Both the position numbers and the translations under genes were made by a program. A stretch of 63,587 nucleotides of DNA, counting the filler, from Octopus bimaculoides (Eukaryota): the NCBI RefSeq assembly GCF_001194135.2. It is 4 parts of 4 records of this genome, joined end to end, with 100 filler letters (N's around TTAATTAATTAA, not from the genome) between each part and the next. Parts side by side here need not be neighbours in the genome. Positions count along the whole stretch, not along the records: positions 21,483 to 46,127 come from NC_069002.1; 3 more parts are not named here. One strand, written 5' to 3'. The notes under the pieces were generated by a model, which made no database searches, was not told the DNA's origin, and saw only the letters and a program-made list of their open reading frames with translations. Positions within the stretch are counted from its first letter, which is position 1. The number at the start of each line of letters is the position of its first letter. Shown here piece by piece: positions 26,021-39,599 of the stretch.

Positions 26021-26390
26021 ATCGGTGTGAAAGTGTGTGTGTGTGTGTGTGTATGTGCGCGTGCGTGCGTGTATGTGTGTGTCTACATCTATATAAGTAT
26101 ATATGCATGTATATACACACACACACACACATATATATACGTGTGTGTATTTATATGTATGTATATATTTGCATATGTGCGTATGTGTATATATTTGTGA
26201 GTGTATATATGCATAAGTGCTTGTCTATATATGCACATATGTATATGAGTGTACACCACACTGACACATATACGCAGAAATATATGCAATACATATATAT
26301 ACATACACACGTACATTTCGGTTTTGATACTGTGGGAACGTCGGCCATATTTAAGAACTGGACACGAATTTGTGCTATTGCGGTCAAGAC

Positions 26391-26417
26391 ATGAATAATA
26401 ATTGCAGGTCATCGGTG
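26391..26417 (+). CDS. Possible first coding exon (MNNNCRSSV)
   Basis: aagacATG...GTG|gtgagt consensus donor in unique, CpG-containing DNA; very short, could be chance. Confidence 0.12.
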
Positions 26418-27130
26418 GTGAGTGTCCACTGGTAATTGGAGGGGGGAGGCGGAAGAAGTTACTTAGATGTACACACTCACCAGGCGTATACCCTACTCAA
26501 CCACCCACCCACCACTCCTTCCTGCTTGTTCATTAAAGACATCGTGAGTGATGGTGAGAGGTAAACAAACAAATCAACCACCACCACCACCACCGCCATC
26601 ATCATCATCACTATCACCATCAACCTCACACACTAACAAGAACAAGGAACACAAACATGGCGGAATGGAATCAACGCATGATCATATTTATACACATACA
26701 TACGCAGATATGCGCAAACACACCCTTGAAACTCTATACAAATACACTAAAAGCAGCAAACAAGCACATACACCTACACACACAGTCACCTCATATGAAC
26801 TCATACATGCATACACATCTCTCCACAAACAAAAACATCGTATAAGTGGTTAGCCTAGCGCATAACTCTACGCATACATGTGTGTGTGTGCGTGCGTGCG
26901 TGTGTGTGTGATTTTAAAGTTGTACTTTGTGAAACAAATGAGGGAGAACTCAATACATGTTGTAGTGTATGTATATAGATTTTACAGAATTTTTATATCC
27001 TCACACAAATTCTATGCAACTCCCGTGAGTACTCACCTGGGGACGGCATTTACATGAAACTCGAATCGCAAGATAACATTCTGTCTCTCTCTCACATATG
27101 TAAATATATGTGTTTACCTGTCCTGATCTC

Positions 27131-27167
<37 letters not shown>

Positions 27168-28399
27168 ACCGCATTCATATACTTGCATATATACATAGTA
27201 ACCACGAGAGAACGTCTATGTAGCTGCTTGATCTGCTAGAAATAATAAGTAAATTTCAAATCAACCTTATTTTCTTAAAAAGAAAGACAGTAGATAATGG
27301 GATCCTAAATTCATTGTAAATGTTAAATAAAAAAAAAAGGACAGAATGGAAGTGGCTGGAGCACCCCTTGACCATAGGACTGCTTAGGGTTAAATAAAAA
27401 CTGCACTCACACATGTGTACATGCTTACGAATGCTCGTACGAATCACTGAGGGAATCGTTATGTCTTTCTCAAATCACTTGCTACTGTCGTTAAAAAAAA
27501 TCTCATTGGACAATCTAGTTATCCCTGATTTACAGAAAAGTGGCCATCGAAGGAATCTCTTGATCATAGTTCTGGTTATGAGGGATCTAGGAAAACTTTG
27601 GCTTATGCTTTTCCAGTCGAGCAATTGCACATAAGTCTTGTTTTACTGACTTCTGAGCTTTTCACGAAGTTTAATGCAATGGCGGAAGTTTTTACATCGC
27701 CGATAACCTCTATCATTTGAATGACTTCCGGTTTTCGAAAAATCTCTCTACTCCTCAAACTAATTTTATTGACTAAAAACAAACCCCTTTTCTCAGTTTA
27801 AAGATATCTATAACTGAGTAATTATATATTTTACGTTGCACCTTTTAAAAGCTTGAACACAAATTATGAACCCCAAATACCATAATTGTGGACCATTTGG
27901 GAACTGAGGAGGCCAGCTTGAGAATCACTGGTTTAATGTCTTCACTTTGAACAAACCAAATTTGTTACTTTTGTTTAACCCAGGGTTGATCATAAGTGAG
28001 TAGACAAAGGGCAAAATACATTTCAGCCATGACCATCTTTTCATGCCTTCCTTGCTGGGAATCGGAGCCATATTAGTCAAGCCATTTTTTGTAAAATGGT
28101 TAGGGATGTGATATGAAAGAGATTTAGCTGCTATTTTTAGTATGAGCAGCAGGCAATCACACAGAGCAGTCATGGGGAAAATGCGACCCGTAGTACGCCA
28201 ACGTAAAGTTATCTTGAATATTTGTAGTAGTGCAGCCCACTTGATAGTGATCCATGTCTCATGCGGCCCGCTTCCCGTTAAAAGGTTGCCCATGTCTAAC
28301 ATAAAGGCTTCCTCTTTTGATCGTGAATAATATAGAATTAGATATTACGTAGCCATTGTTGGAACACATGGGTTGACATGACATCTACTTGCCTGAGTC

Positions 28400-28800
28400 T
28401 AAAATCTGTTCTTTCGATAAGATTATTTCATTAAATTGTTCTTCCTTCTCGCTCTTTGCATCTATAGTTGCACGTTTTGAGCTATCAAACTTCATTCCAA
28501 TATTACTACAACGCACCATTTTGTATTAACAAGTAAATTTATTTCTTTTTAACTTTACTTTTTGCATGTATCTTTAAATCATCCATAAAGAATAGATGAT
28601 TTAGAAAAGCTGCATTTCTTCCTAATCTGTAGCTTATGTTGACAATTTCACTCTTTAAGGATTTCAGTTGCTTTATGTAAAATCCTTGGATCCCGTTTGT
28701 CCCTGGAGCTTTCTTTATCTGCTGCAGGACATTGTCCCAAGTTATAACCATTAGTTCTTGTTCCATTGCTTTGTTTAGTCTCATTTTAACCGTTTTAAAA
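28400..28800 (-). mobile_element. R4/Dong-type RT fragment with internal deletion
   Basis: KKAPGTNGIQGFYIKQL...LNHLFFMDDLKIHAKS on - (MDD catalytic motif). Confidence 0.8.
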
Positions 28801-28829
28801 ATCTTTTCTGCATTTATTTTATATGAAAT

Positions 28830-29030
28830 CAGACAAGGCAGCGAATTGCAGAGTCGTTACCGCGCCGGACAAAATGCTAAGCCACAATTATCCGGTTCTT
28901 TATGTCCTGAGTTCAAATGCTTGAGCTTTCGTTCTTTCAGAGGTCTACAAAATAAGTATGTGTTACAATCGACTTCCCCCTCCCCTCAGAATTGCTGGCC
29001 TCGTGCCAAAATCTGAACCAATTATTATCA
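28830..29030 (+). mobile_element. Second SINE family, near full-length degenerate copy
   Basis: aaggcagcgaattgcagagtcgtt...ctgagttcaaat...tgctggcctcgtgccaaaatctgaaccaattatt. Confidence 0.8.
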
Positions 29031-29329
29031 TTAGCTTGTTATTTCGATGTGTAGTGGGTGGCACTAATCGGAATATTGGCCTAGATACCTGATGAAATTG
29101 AATGACAGTCATCCCAATCTAGTGCTTGTGACGGTTACATTTCAAAATTAGTGACTCAAGTGGTGAGAGCCACTCTCTTCCTGCGTCACATAGAAACAAT
29201 ACCGGATGTTGTAGACCGCATGACAACACCCTGTTTTGCTAAGTGGAATAAATTGCTCTATATTTTTGTTAATGACGACTTCAGAATCTTACTGAGCTAG
29301 GCGAACATATTTCACTCTAATTGGCAAGG

Positions 29330-30130
29330 CAGAAATAATTATTTTTTATATCAACACAAATTTATAACGGAAGGAGCGGTAGATTTCGTGTAGGCCTAGT
29401 TGATTATTCATTTTCTTTTTATTGACCCCAGGTATGTTAATAAGGTGAAAACAACTCCATCGAGATTTGAACTACGATCGTTATAGAAGGAAACTAAATA
29501 ATGCTTTCATATAGAGGCACAAAGTCAGGAAGATTTTTTTTTGTGTGTTGGTAATAGTCGATCATATGGACCCTATTTTATGACTGGTACACCATTTTGT
29601 TGATCCTAAAATGAGCAGAGAGACAAAGTTGGTCTCGGTGGTATTCAAATTAGGAACAAATACGGCAATGCATTTTGTTCGCTCTTTCGATTCTGTCAAT
29701 TCACCGCCCCAGATGGGAAGTAAGCATTTCAAATATAGGCACTGAACCAGAATTGCTTGTGAGTGTGGGGATTGACTGGTACTTTATTTTAAGATATAAA
29801 GTTGACTTCAATGAAATTTGAACTGAATGTGTAAAGAATAAGAATAACGCAAAATGATTTTGCCAAGCGCGCTACTGATCCTGACAAGCCTGCATTTTTA
29901 ATGATCATTTCTCACATTGGCACAAAGCCAGAAATCTGAAGGTGGATGGAGTCAGGCACTTCAAACGATTCCAATATTTGACTAGTACAGTTTTATTTTC
30001 TTGATCCCGGAAGAATAAAAAAGCAAAGTTAACCTCGGCAGAATTTGAACTCAGAAGGTAAAAAGCTAAAATATATGATGTAAGGCATTTTATCCAATTC
30101 TGCATCGATTGACAATTCAACGCTCTAGAA
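29330..30130 (-). repeat. About four co-oriented degenerate fragments of the second SINE family
   Basis: The block ctggtact...tttatt.gacccc...aaagtt.acctcgg...atttgaact recurs near 29400, 29565, 29775 and 29980. Confidence 0.7.
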
Positions 30131-30516
30131 GGCAATTAAAAAGTACAAGTAGGCTATTTTTATGGGGAAAAAAAAACCCCTCAAAACATGGAGATGTATC
30201 GTCGGTCACCGGATTGCAGAAATAATTGTTCATCTACATCTAGTTTGTATATGCTTAAGCGGCCTCGCAGCGCTGGCTTAAATTACCAAACACCAAACAA
30301 GATAAATTTTACATTTATTGAAACTATCTTCTCTACAAGAAAATAAACATATGACTTGAGTTTTGTATAATTTTAACGTCTTTCTTGTTTATATCCATGA
30401 CATTAGTCACAACCACTCATTCTTTTTGCTTATTTTCATTTATATTATGCTTATTGCTCAAAGTCATAAAGGTTGTCTATTCTTTCTGGCATCACGTCTA
30501 TTGAAGTAGTAAAACT

Positions 30517-30561
30517 GCTGTGCTGATGATGCCGATTGTGGCAGAGACACGTATCCACAAC
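30517..30561 (+). ncRNA. Degenerate type I minimal hammerhead ribozyme-like motif
   Basis: TGTG-CTGATGA-TGCC(gattgt)GGCA-GAGAC-ACGTATC-CACA: helices I and II form; two transitions away from GAAACACGTGTC. Confidence 0.45.
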
Positions 30562-30768
30562 TCTTCCTTTGTCTCCACACAACCTATTTTCGTATTAGCA
30601 TATCATTTTTGGAGAAATTTTCATTCTTGAAATAATCACTTCTCAGTTGGATTGCAACTCCCACTAGATGCAAGAAAATTTCAATTATTTATCTTCATTC
30701 GTTTTTATTGCCTAAAGCCATGCCAGTAGTCATTGAGTTTTATTTTTCTTGGCTCATTTCTGTTTACA

Positions 30769-30839
<71 letters not shown>

Positions 30840-31584
30840 ATATANNNNNNNNNNNNNNNNNNNNNNNNNNNNNNNNNNNNNNNNNNNNNNNNNNNNNNNN
30901 NNNNNNNNNNNNNNNNNNNNNNNNNNNNNNNNNNNNNNNNNNNNNNNNNNNNNNNNNNNNNNNNNNNNNNNNNNNNNNNNNNNNNNNNNNNNNNNNNNNN
31001 NNNNNNNNNNNNNNNNNNNNNNNNNNNNNNNNNNNNNNNNNNNNNNNNNNNNNNNNNNNNNNNNNNNNNNNNNNNNNNNNNNNNNNNNNNNNNNNNNNNN
31101 NNNNNNNNNNNNNNNNNNNNNNNNNNNNNNNNNNNNNNNNNNNNNNNNNNNNNNNNNNNNNNNNNNNNNNNNNNNNNNNNNNNNNNNNNNNNNNNNNNNN
31201 NNNNNNNNNNNNNNNNNNNNNNNNNNNNNNNNNNNNNNNNNNNNNNNNNNNNNNNNNNNNNNNNNNNNNNNNNNNNNNNNNNNNNNNNNNNNNNNNNNNN
31301 NNNNNNNNNNNNNNNNNNNNNNNNNNNNNNNNNNNNNNNNNNNNNNNNNNNNNNNNNNNNNNNNNNNNNNNNNNNNNNNNNNNNNNNNNNNNNNNNNNNN
31401 NNNNNNNNNATCAATAATTAATAAATATCAGTGCTAGTCGTCCTATAATGGTCATCTCTTATGTGTACACTGTATTTATATGAATAATATATAGTCTATT
31501 GACTAGTTTTTTGCATGCTAGGCCACTGGTAGTAAAAATTTCTAAGCATTTTTTCCTACTCTGATTTTTATTAATTATTAAATA

Positions 31585-31768
31585 TATATCTATCTGCCTG
31601 ACTGTCTATCTCCCAGCCTGCCTGTCTGTCTGTCTGCCAGCCTGTCTGTCTGTCTGTCTATCTATCTATCCGTCTGTCTGTCTATCTGCCTTTCTGTCTG
31701 TCTGTCTGTCTGTCTGCCTATCTGTCTGCCTGTCTGTCTGTCTGTTTCTCTATCTGTCTATCTGTCTA

Positions 31769-31825
<57 letters not shown>

Positions 31826-31842
31826 CCTATCTATCTATCTGT
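31585..31842. repeat. (TCTG)n/(TCTA)n tetranucleotide array
   Basis: Seen directly. Confidence 0.9.
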
Positions 31843-32254
31843 ATGTATATGCACACACACGCAGCATGTATGATATGTGTGTGTGTGTGCATGTGTGTGC
31901 GTGTATGTGCGTGCGGGCGTGCGCACAGTGATATGTTTAAGTTAGTATTTGTCCGAGTATACATTTGTACATGTGCACACAACAGACGCTGTTTTACGGC
32001 CCCAACACGCATAAAAGCTGTTGTAATTGTAAAAGCTGTGACAATTGACATATCACATCTCTGTAACTTACCACACACGTGGACGGTAGGGGTAGGCGAA
32101 TGATTTGATCATTCTAGGAGTGTGTGTGGGTGTGTGTGTGAGAGAGAGAGAGAGATGGAGTCTGTGTATGCGTGATGTGTCTATTTTGTGGAAGAAAGGG
32201 GGAAAGCTCATGCTGTTTTAACTGAAAATATTCCACTACTACTACTACTACTAC

Positions 32255-32300
<46 letters not shown>

Positions 32301-32487
32301 AATACTACTACTACCGCTANNNNNNNNNNNNNNNNNNNNNNNNNNNNNNNNNNNNNNNNNNNNNNNNNNNNNNNNNNNNNNNNNNNNNNNNNNNNNNNNN
32401 NNNNNNNNNNNNNNNNNNNNNNNNNNNNNNNNNTAATAAAGACAAGAAGAAAGGGAAGAGTGAAGATGGGAGAAGAAAAGAAGAGAA

Positions 32488-32536
<49 letters not shown>

Positions 32537-32983
32537 GTGATGATGAGGCAATTAGAATAAAGAGCGAATTATAATCTTTGCAAATTGGGAAATCTTTCAA
32601 AGAAAAGAAAAACAGGAAGAAAAGGAAAAAGAAGGAGAAGAAACTGGAGGGGGTAATAGAGGGGTGAGGTGGGGAGAGTGAAAGTTAGAGGAGGTGAGAG
32701 GTGAGATGTGGATTAGAGGGGGTGGTGCAACCTTTCATGTTACCATTTCTGCGGGTTTTTTTTTTTTTTTTAATATCTTGTAAATAATATGGTGGTCTTT
32801 GTTGTGTGAGTCGAAGCGGCCACGTGGTGTAAACACCTGTAGTTCCGTCAAAGAATCCATCAGTTCTCAGTTTGGAAGGTAGAGGTCAAAGTTTAGGATT
32901 ACTTTCTTCTGATATACAGAGTATGTATATACACAACTACACGCATGCGCACACACACACACACACACACATACACATACTAT

Positions 32984-33027
<44 letters not shown>

Positions 33028-33670
33028 GTGGAAATTTTCTATCATTAGCAATTTCTTTTTGGTATCAGTCTGTGTGTGTGTGTTTGCGTGTGAGACTGCG
33101 CGTATGTGTGTGCGCGCGCGTGTGTGCGTATGCGTGTGTGTGTATATATATATATGTATGTGTATACACACATGCATGTACAAACGTAAATATCACTTTG
33201 ATATTCCAGTCGCTTCAGCATCCTCTTACCAAAGTGATTATCTTTCGCAGCTCATTATCTCTTTAGCTGTATTACGTCTGATTTACACACACACGCCGCC
33301 TCCACACACACACAGGCCCCCTTCCACACACACACACACTCACACGTTAGTAATTTCCTATCTCCCATTCTCTGTTTTCTTACACATAAATACACCCATC
33401 ACGAAAATACAATCATAAATACCTGAGATGTAAACATTAACAAAATCAAATTGATTTTAAAAGATACTACGATGAAAGGAAAATTCTATGAATAGTAAAT
33501 GCTCCAGCATGGCCCAACTCAAGGAACACATATCTCCACATAAATACACTCGCTCCACATGTATACAGACGTACATATTCACATTTTATAGAATATTTCT
33601 TTATTTCATATCTTTGATATTCTAATGATGAATCATGGTTGATATTTTATTGCAAAGTCTGCAAGTCAGT

Positions 33671-34058
33671 TTCTGTTGTTGGCACTCCGTCGGTTACGAC
33701 GACGAGGGTTCCAGTTGATCTGATCAACGGAACAGCCTGCTCGTGAAATTAACGTGCCAGTGGCTGAGCACTCCACAGACACGTGTACCCTTAACGTAGT
33801 TCTCAAGGATATTCAGCGTGACACAGTGTGACAAGGCTGACCCTTTGAATTACAGGTACAACAGAAACAGAAAGATAGAGTGAGAAAAAGTTGTGGTGAA
33901 AGAGTACAGCAGGGTTCACCGCCATCCCCTGCGGGAGCCTCGTGGGGCTTTAGGTGTTTTCGCTCAATAAACGCTCACAACGCCCGGTCTGGGAATCGAA
34001 ACCGCGACCCTACGACTGCCAGTCCGTTGCCTTAACCACTGGGCCATTGCGCCCCCAC
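33671..34058 (-). mobile_element. Full-length tRNA-headed SINE with 12-bp target-site duplication
   Basis: Head gtgggggcgcaatggcccagtggtt...ggtttcgattccc on -; flanked by CTGCAAGTCAGT at 33659-33670 and 34059-34070. Confidence 0.92.
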
Positions 34059-35199
34059 CTGCAAGTCAGTAACAATGACAAGAAACACAAAGAACAGGAA
34101 GTCAGGAATGGCTGGCTTCTTGTGTATATAATAATGTTAATTGTGTGTCGATATATATTTATGTAACCGCAACAATCCCACCTCATTTCTGTCGCCGTTC
34201 CTAATGAATACAGCCATGATGGGTCGCTTTTTACGTTTATTTACTTAGATTAGTCGGGAGAGCTACAAGAACAATACGATCGGGAGTGTTGAGATGATGA
34301 ATTTCATGGAGGAAGTAGAGAATGGCAGTACCGGAAGTTTTGAGGGTGAGGTCAGTGGACGAAGTAAAGAGGAGATGGGTTGGGAAGGGCACTGAACTGT
34401 TTCAGGTGATGACCCAAGGTTACGAAGCGGATGAAGAGCTACCATATGTGGAGAGATCCGCACCCCAAACCACTACTGCTCCGTTTAGCCCTAGGTCTGT
34501 CATAATCTATCCAACCGATGATCAGTTATAATCCAACAGGTGACCATCTCGACTTATTATCAAGCACAATGTATCTCAGACTAAATCAGCGAATAGTGGT
34601 AATGGAGATGATGGTTGTGATGATAATGGTGGGAGCATTAAAGTAGTAGTTGATATCCTTGATTTGGCCGGCTTAAGACAATGTATTCCACTTGTGACCA
34701 ACACTGGCCAGTGTTGCTTTCCCTTTTTTAAAGATAGAAAGATACAGTTTAACGAAATTTGCTTGCTATTTCTAGCAGGTCGAGCAATCGAGTAGAAGCG
34801 TTGGTGATAATGGCGGTGGTAAAGACATTGAGGGGAGGTGGAAATGCCTGTTGTAAGGATATCGTTGGTGGTTCGTGATTATAACAGAATATGTTTGTCT
34901 TTGTTGCTATTAGAGTGGAAGAGTAGGGCGGAGGTGTCGCTGTTGTTGCTATTGGTGACAGTGTTGTTGACAAATGAGAGCCAGATGAAAGTAAATAAAC
35001 GTCAACAGCGACAGTAATAGCAACAACAACAGTAGTGTTAGCTGAGTTAGCAGCGGCAATATCTATCTCTGTGTGTGTGTGTGTGTGTGTGTGTGCTTGT
35101 CTCGGTAAATGCGTGCGTATGTAAAATGTGCGAATGTGTGCGCGTAGATTTGCGCATTTGTATATATGTGAGAATGGGCGGGCACGTTAAACATGCCTC

Positions 35200-35547
35200 T
35201 ATATCTGTCTTTCAACTACGTATAGCTTTTATTTGCTTCAGTCACGGGACTGCGGCCATGCTGGGGCACCGCCTTGAAATATTTAAGTCGAACGAATCGA
35301 TCCCAGTACTTATTTTTTTTTAAAGTTTGATACTTATTCTATGGGTCTTTATTTACGAGGACGTAGACACACCAACACCGGTTGTCAAGTAGTGGTGGGG
35401 GACAAACACAGACAGAAAGGCACAAACATTATACACACATATATACACGATGGGATTCTTTCAGTTTCCGCCTGCCAAATCCACTCAAAAAACTTTGGTC
35501 GGCCCGGTGGTATAGTAGAATAACAGAAGACGCTTGCCCAAGATGTC
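35200..35547 (-). mobile_element. CORE-like SINE running into a gap
   Basis: Reverse complement of the 45660-46050 copy. Confidence 0.88.
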
Positions 35548-36549
35548 NNNNNNNNNNNNNNNNNNNNNNNNNNNNNNNNNNNNNNNNNNNNNNNNNNNNN
35601 NNNNNNNNNNNNNNNNNNNNNNNNNNNNNNNNNNNNNNNNNNNNNNNNNNNNNNNNNNNNNNNNNNNNNNNNNNNNNNNNNNNNNNNNNNNNNNNNNNNN
35701 NNNNNNNNNNNNNNNNNNNNNNNNNNNNNNNNNNNNNNNNNNNNNNNNNNNNNNNNNNNNNNNNNNNNNNNNNNNNNNNNNNNNNNNNNNNNNNNNNNNN
35801 NNNNNNNNNNNNNNNNNNNNNNNNNNNNNNNNNNNNNNNNNNNNNNNNNNNNNNNNNNNNNNNNNNNNNNNNNNNNNNNNNNNNNNNNNNNNNNNNNNNN
35901 NNNNNNNNNNNNNNNNNNNNNNNNNNNNNNNNNNNNNNNNNNNNNNNNNNNNNNNNNNNNNNNNNNNNNNNNNNNNNNNNNNNNNNNNNNNNNNNNNNNN
36001 NNNNNNNNNNNNNNNNNNNNNNNNNNNNNNNNNNNNNNNNNNNNNNNNNNNNNNNNNNNNNNNNNNNNNNNNNNNNNNNNNNNNNNNNNNNNNNNNNNNN
36101 NNNNNNNNNNNNNNNNNNNNNNNNNNNNNNNNNNNNNNNNNNNNNNNNNNNNNNNNNNNNNNNNNNNNNNNNNNNNNNNNNNNNNNNNNNNNNNNNNNNN
36201 NNNNNNNNNNNNNNNNNNNNNNNNNNNNNNNNNNNNNNNNNNNNNNNNNNNNNNNNNNNNNNNNNNNNNNNNNNNNNNNNNNNNNNNNNNNNNNNNNNNN
36301 NNNNNNNNNNNNNNNNNNNNNNNNNNNNNNNNNNNNNNNNNNNNNNNNNNNNNNNNNNNNNNNNNNNNNNNNNNNNNNNNNNNNNNNNNNNNNNNNNNNN
36401 NNNNNNNNNNNNNNNNNNNNNNNNNNNNNNNNNNNNNNNNNNNNNNNNNNNNNNNNNNNNNNNNNNNNNNNNNNNNNNNNNNNNNNNNNNNNNNNNNNNN
36501 NNNNNNNNNNNNNNNNNNNNNNNNTATATATATATATATTCCCTATGAG

Positions 36550-36760
36550 GATATTTAAACCTCTTACAGGGATAGTTTTATCCAAGATATCCTGGTTTAA
36601 TACATTATATCTTTATGAGATATTTCTTCAACAAATATATCATTATAAAACATTAAATATTATTAATAAGTTTGAAAATGGAGAGATTCAATGGATATGA
36701 ATTAATTAAACATTGCCCACAATTGTTTCACTTCACACCCAATTTAAATTACAATATATA
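36550..36760 (-). mobile_element. Penelope-family-associated motif copy
   Basis: Reverse complement of 22385-22475 and 39165-39260. Confidence 0.65.
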
Positions 36761-37007
36761 TATAATAATATAGGTTTGATTTATGAGTATCCTGGGTGGA
36801 AGATCTTCAGGCAAAATGGACATTGCAGAGGTTATATTTTGATCAGTTGAAATACTCCAGCAGACTAAACAGATGAAAGCGTGTTTATTGTGTGTGTATG
36901 TGTGTGTGCGTGTGCATGTGCATGTACGTGTGTACGCGCGTGCATGCGTTAATATTTTAATTTTTATTTTAGAATATTAAAATAATAGATTAAAATAATA
37001 TATTTAA

Positions 37008-37260
<253 letters not shown>

Positions 37261-37524
37261 TAAGAATAAAAATAAAGGAAAAAAATAAAGATTAATAATA
37301 AATAATGAAAATAATGAAATATATTAATAATAGAAATTAATAAAATAAGAATGGATGTGAATGGTCCATTTTGATTTATGTGTGAGTGTATGTTCGTGTA
37401 ATTGTGTGTACTCGTATGTGTATATATGTATGTTTACTACCTAAGTTAATTTATGTGTACGTATGTGTGTGTATATGTGCCAGCATAAGGTCATTGAATC
37501 CAAGTTTGGATGTCATCGTTTATG

Positions 37525-37567
<43 letters not shown>

Positions 37568-38399
37568 NNNNNNNNNNTGTGTGTGTGTGTGTGTGTGTAT
37601 GTGTGTGTGTGTGTGTGTGCGTTTATAGACCCTTACTGCTTAAGTTGTTTTATTAGTGTGTAAGTGTGTATGTATATTAGTAAAAGGTTATTGAATATTT
37701 CTATAACTATATATGTATTTAGAGGCATGGATATTCATAACTCATTTCAGTTTATGTATGATTGTTTATGTGTGTGTGTATAGATGTTTACTGTCTGAGT
37801 TGATTTATGTGTGCGTAAGTGTGGATGTATGTAAGTAATGTATTATGAAGTCAAATCAGTTTGTTAATATACATATACATTCTCTTATATAATTGTATAA
37901 TTCATGAAAAAGTCAATGATAATAGTCAATCATAATTATTATAATATGAAACAATATGATAATTAGTGAAGTAATTATATTTGTATTTAGTTATTGATTT
38001 ATAGTTTATTCTATATAACATTATATATCTAAGTGTGTGAGAGAACACATATATGCATATGGGCTTACGTTACACATATTTAATATTAGTATGTAGATAT
38101 ATTAAGTGCATTGCAGCATCAAGATTAGTGTTACCAATAGATTTATAATATTTGCATCAAAAATAAAATGTATTATATTATTTGATTACTTAATGAAGAT
38201 TAATACTCAATATTATTATAATAATAAATTAATATCTAAGTATTATATCATATATATAGTATATATTATTTATATCTATATTATTTTTATTCTATGTTTG
38301 GTTTGTAAATTAAGTTACACTTATATTATACTTATATCATTAATGTCTACTTTTATTTTTATTTATTAAATTTTCTTAAATATACTTAGGTTAATTCCA

Positions 38400-39260
38400 A
38401 CAAGTCAAAATATTCACTCCTCCTGAATTAATTAATTTGTTTTGAGGTATTATATATTTTATGCTTACTATATATTATGCTTATATTTCTAATGTTCAGT
38501 TTTGTTATTTATTATTTATTTATTAATCAAATTTTCTAAAAACATTCTTCGTGTAATGACAACAAGCTGAAATATTTTTCTTTCCTAGAGTTAATCAATC
38601 TATGTTTAGATTTTATTATTTGCAAAATTTCTTCGGTACATAATTTACCTTTACTATCTGAAAATTGATAAGCTCTAGTATAGCTTACAGACTCCCATTT
38701 AATTTTACAATTTTCCCCATTATCTTTTAACATCCATATATATTTTCTGAGACTAGTATCATTGATTTTATACTTATTTCTAAAACAACTCTCATGGTTA
38801 AACCTATTTAATGGTATTCCTTCCCTTCAGATTCAACTACACACCTATATACCCGATTATCTTGTTTACAATTATTATTAAGTCTGCAATTTTCTTTAAT
38901 CCTGAAATCACAATTTTTATTAACATCATTATTTATACAATTCTTACGTTTATCATTTCTATTTTCATTTTCATCATTAATATTATTATTCATATTATTT
39001 GGGTTAGAAAGGGAGTCAGAGTGGATTATTACACTCACACACAAACCAAAATGGACCATGGAAATACATGTTTTGTAAAAATTTTTAATTTTAAAAATTT
39101 TTTATTATTAATGTAATATTTCATTATCCACATTATTTATTATTAATTNNNNNNNNNNTGTTTTGTAATTTAAATTGGGTGCGAAGTGAAACAATTGTAG
39201 GCAATGTTAATTAATTCATAAATTTATTTATATCCATTGTATCTCTTCATTTTCAAACTT
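38400..39260 (-). mobile_element. Penelope-like element 3' region (GIY-YIG) with an inverted family motif at 39165-39260
   Basis: NCRLNNNCKQDNRVYRCVVESEGKEYH then LKDNGENCKIKWE...KLCTEEILQII...LINSRKE on -. Confidence 0.8.
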
Positions 39261-39599
39261 ATATGTGTCTTCTATTTCTTTTATGCGTTTCAGCCAAGCT
39301 GCTGCGGTCATACTGGAGCGCCACCATGATTTTGTATTTTTTTCTATAGCTTTCGTATTTGGCTGATTTCTTCAGGGTGATGGGATTTTATATCCTCACT
39401 TTTGCAAGCGCTTCTGCCTTGGTTATTAGCTCATTTGGTGAATGAGAAAGTTTTACGCTACTGCCCTCGTCTGTACTTCATGCTCGGATGTTGGTTTATC
39501 TGGTGTGGTGGATAGCAGAACGTCCAGTTCCTTTTTGGAGATACCCACATCCACATGGTGTATGTTTTTTATTCATTGAAGAGCTGTAATGCAAAGGTT

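Noticed and set aside
33990-34058. tRNA gene (also 10350-10422 and 61570-61640)
   Set aside because: A/B boxes are present but there is no complete cloverleaf; these are SINE heads.
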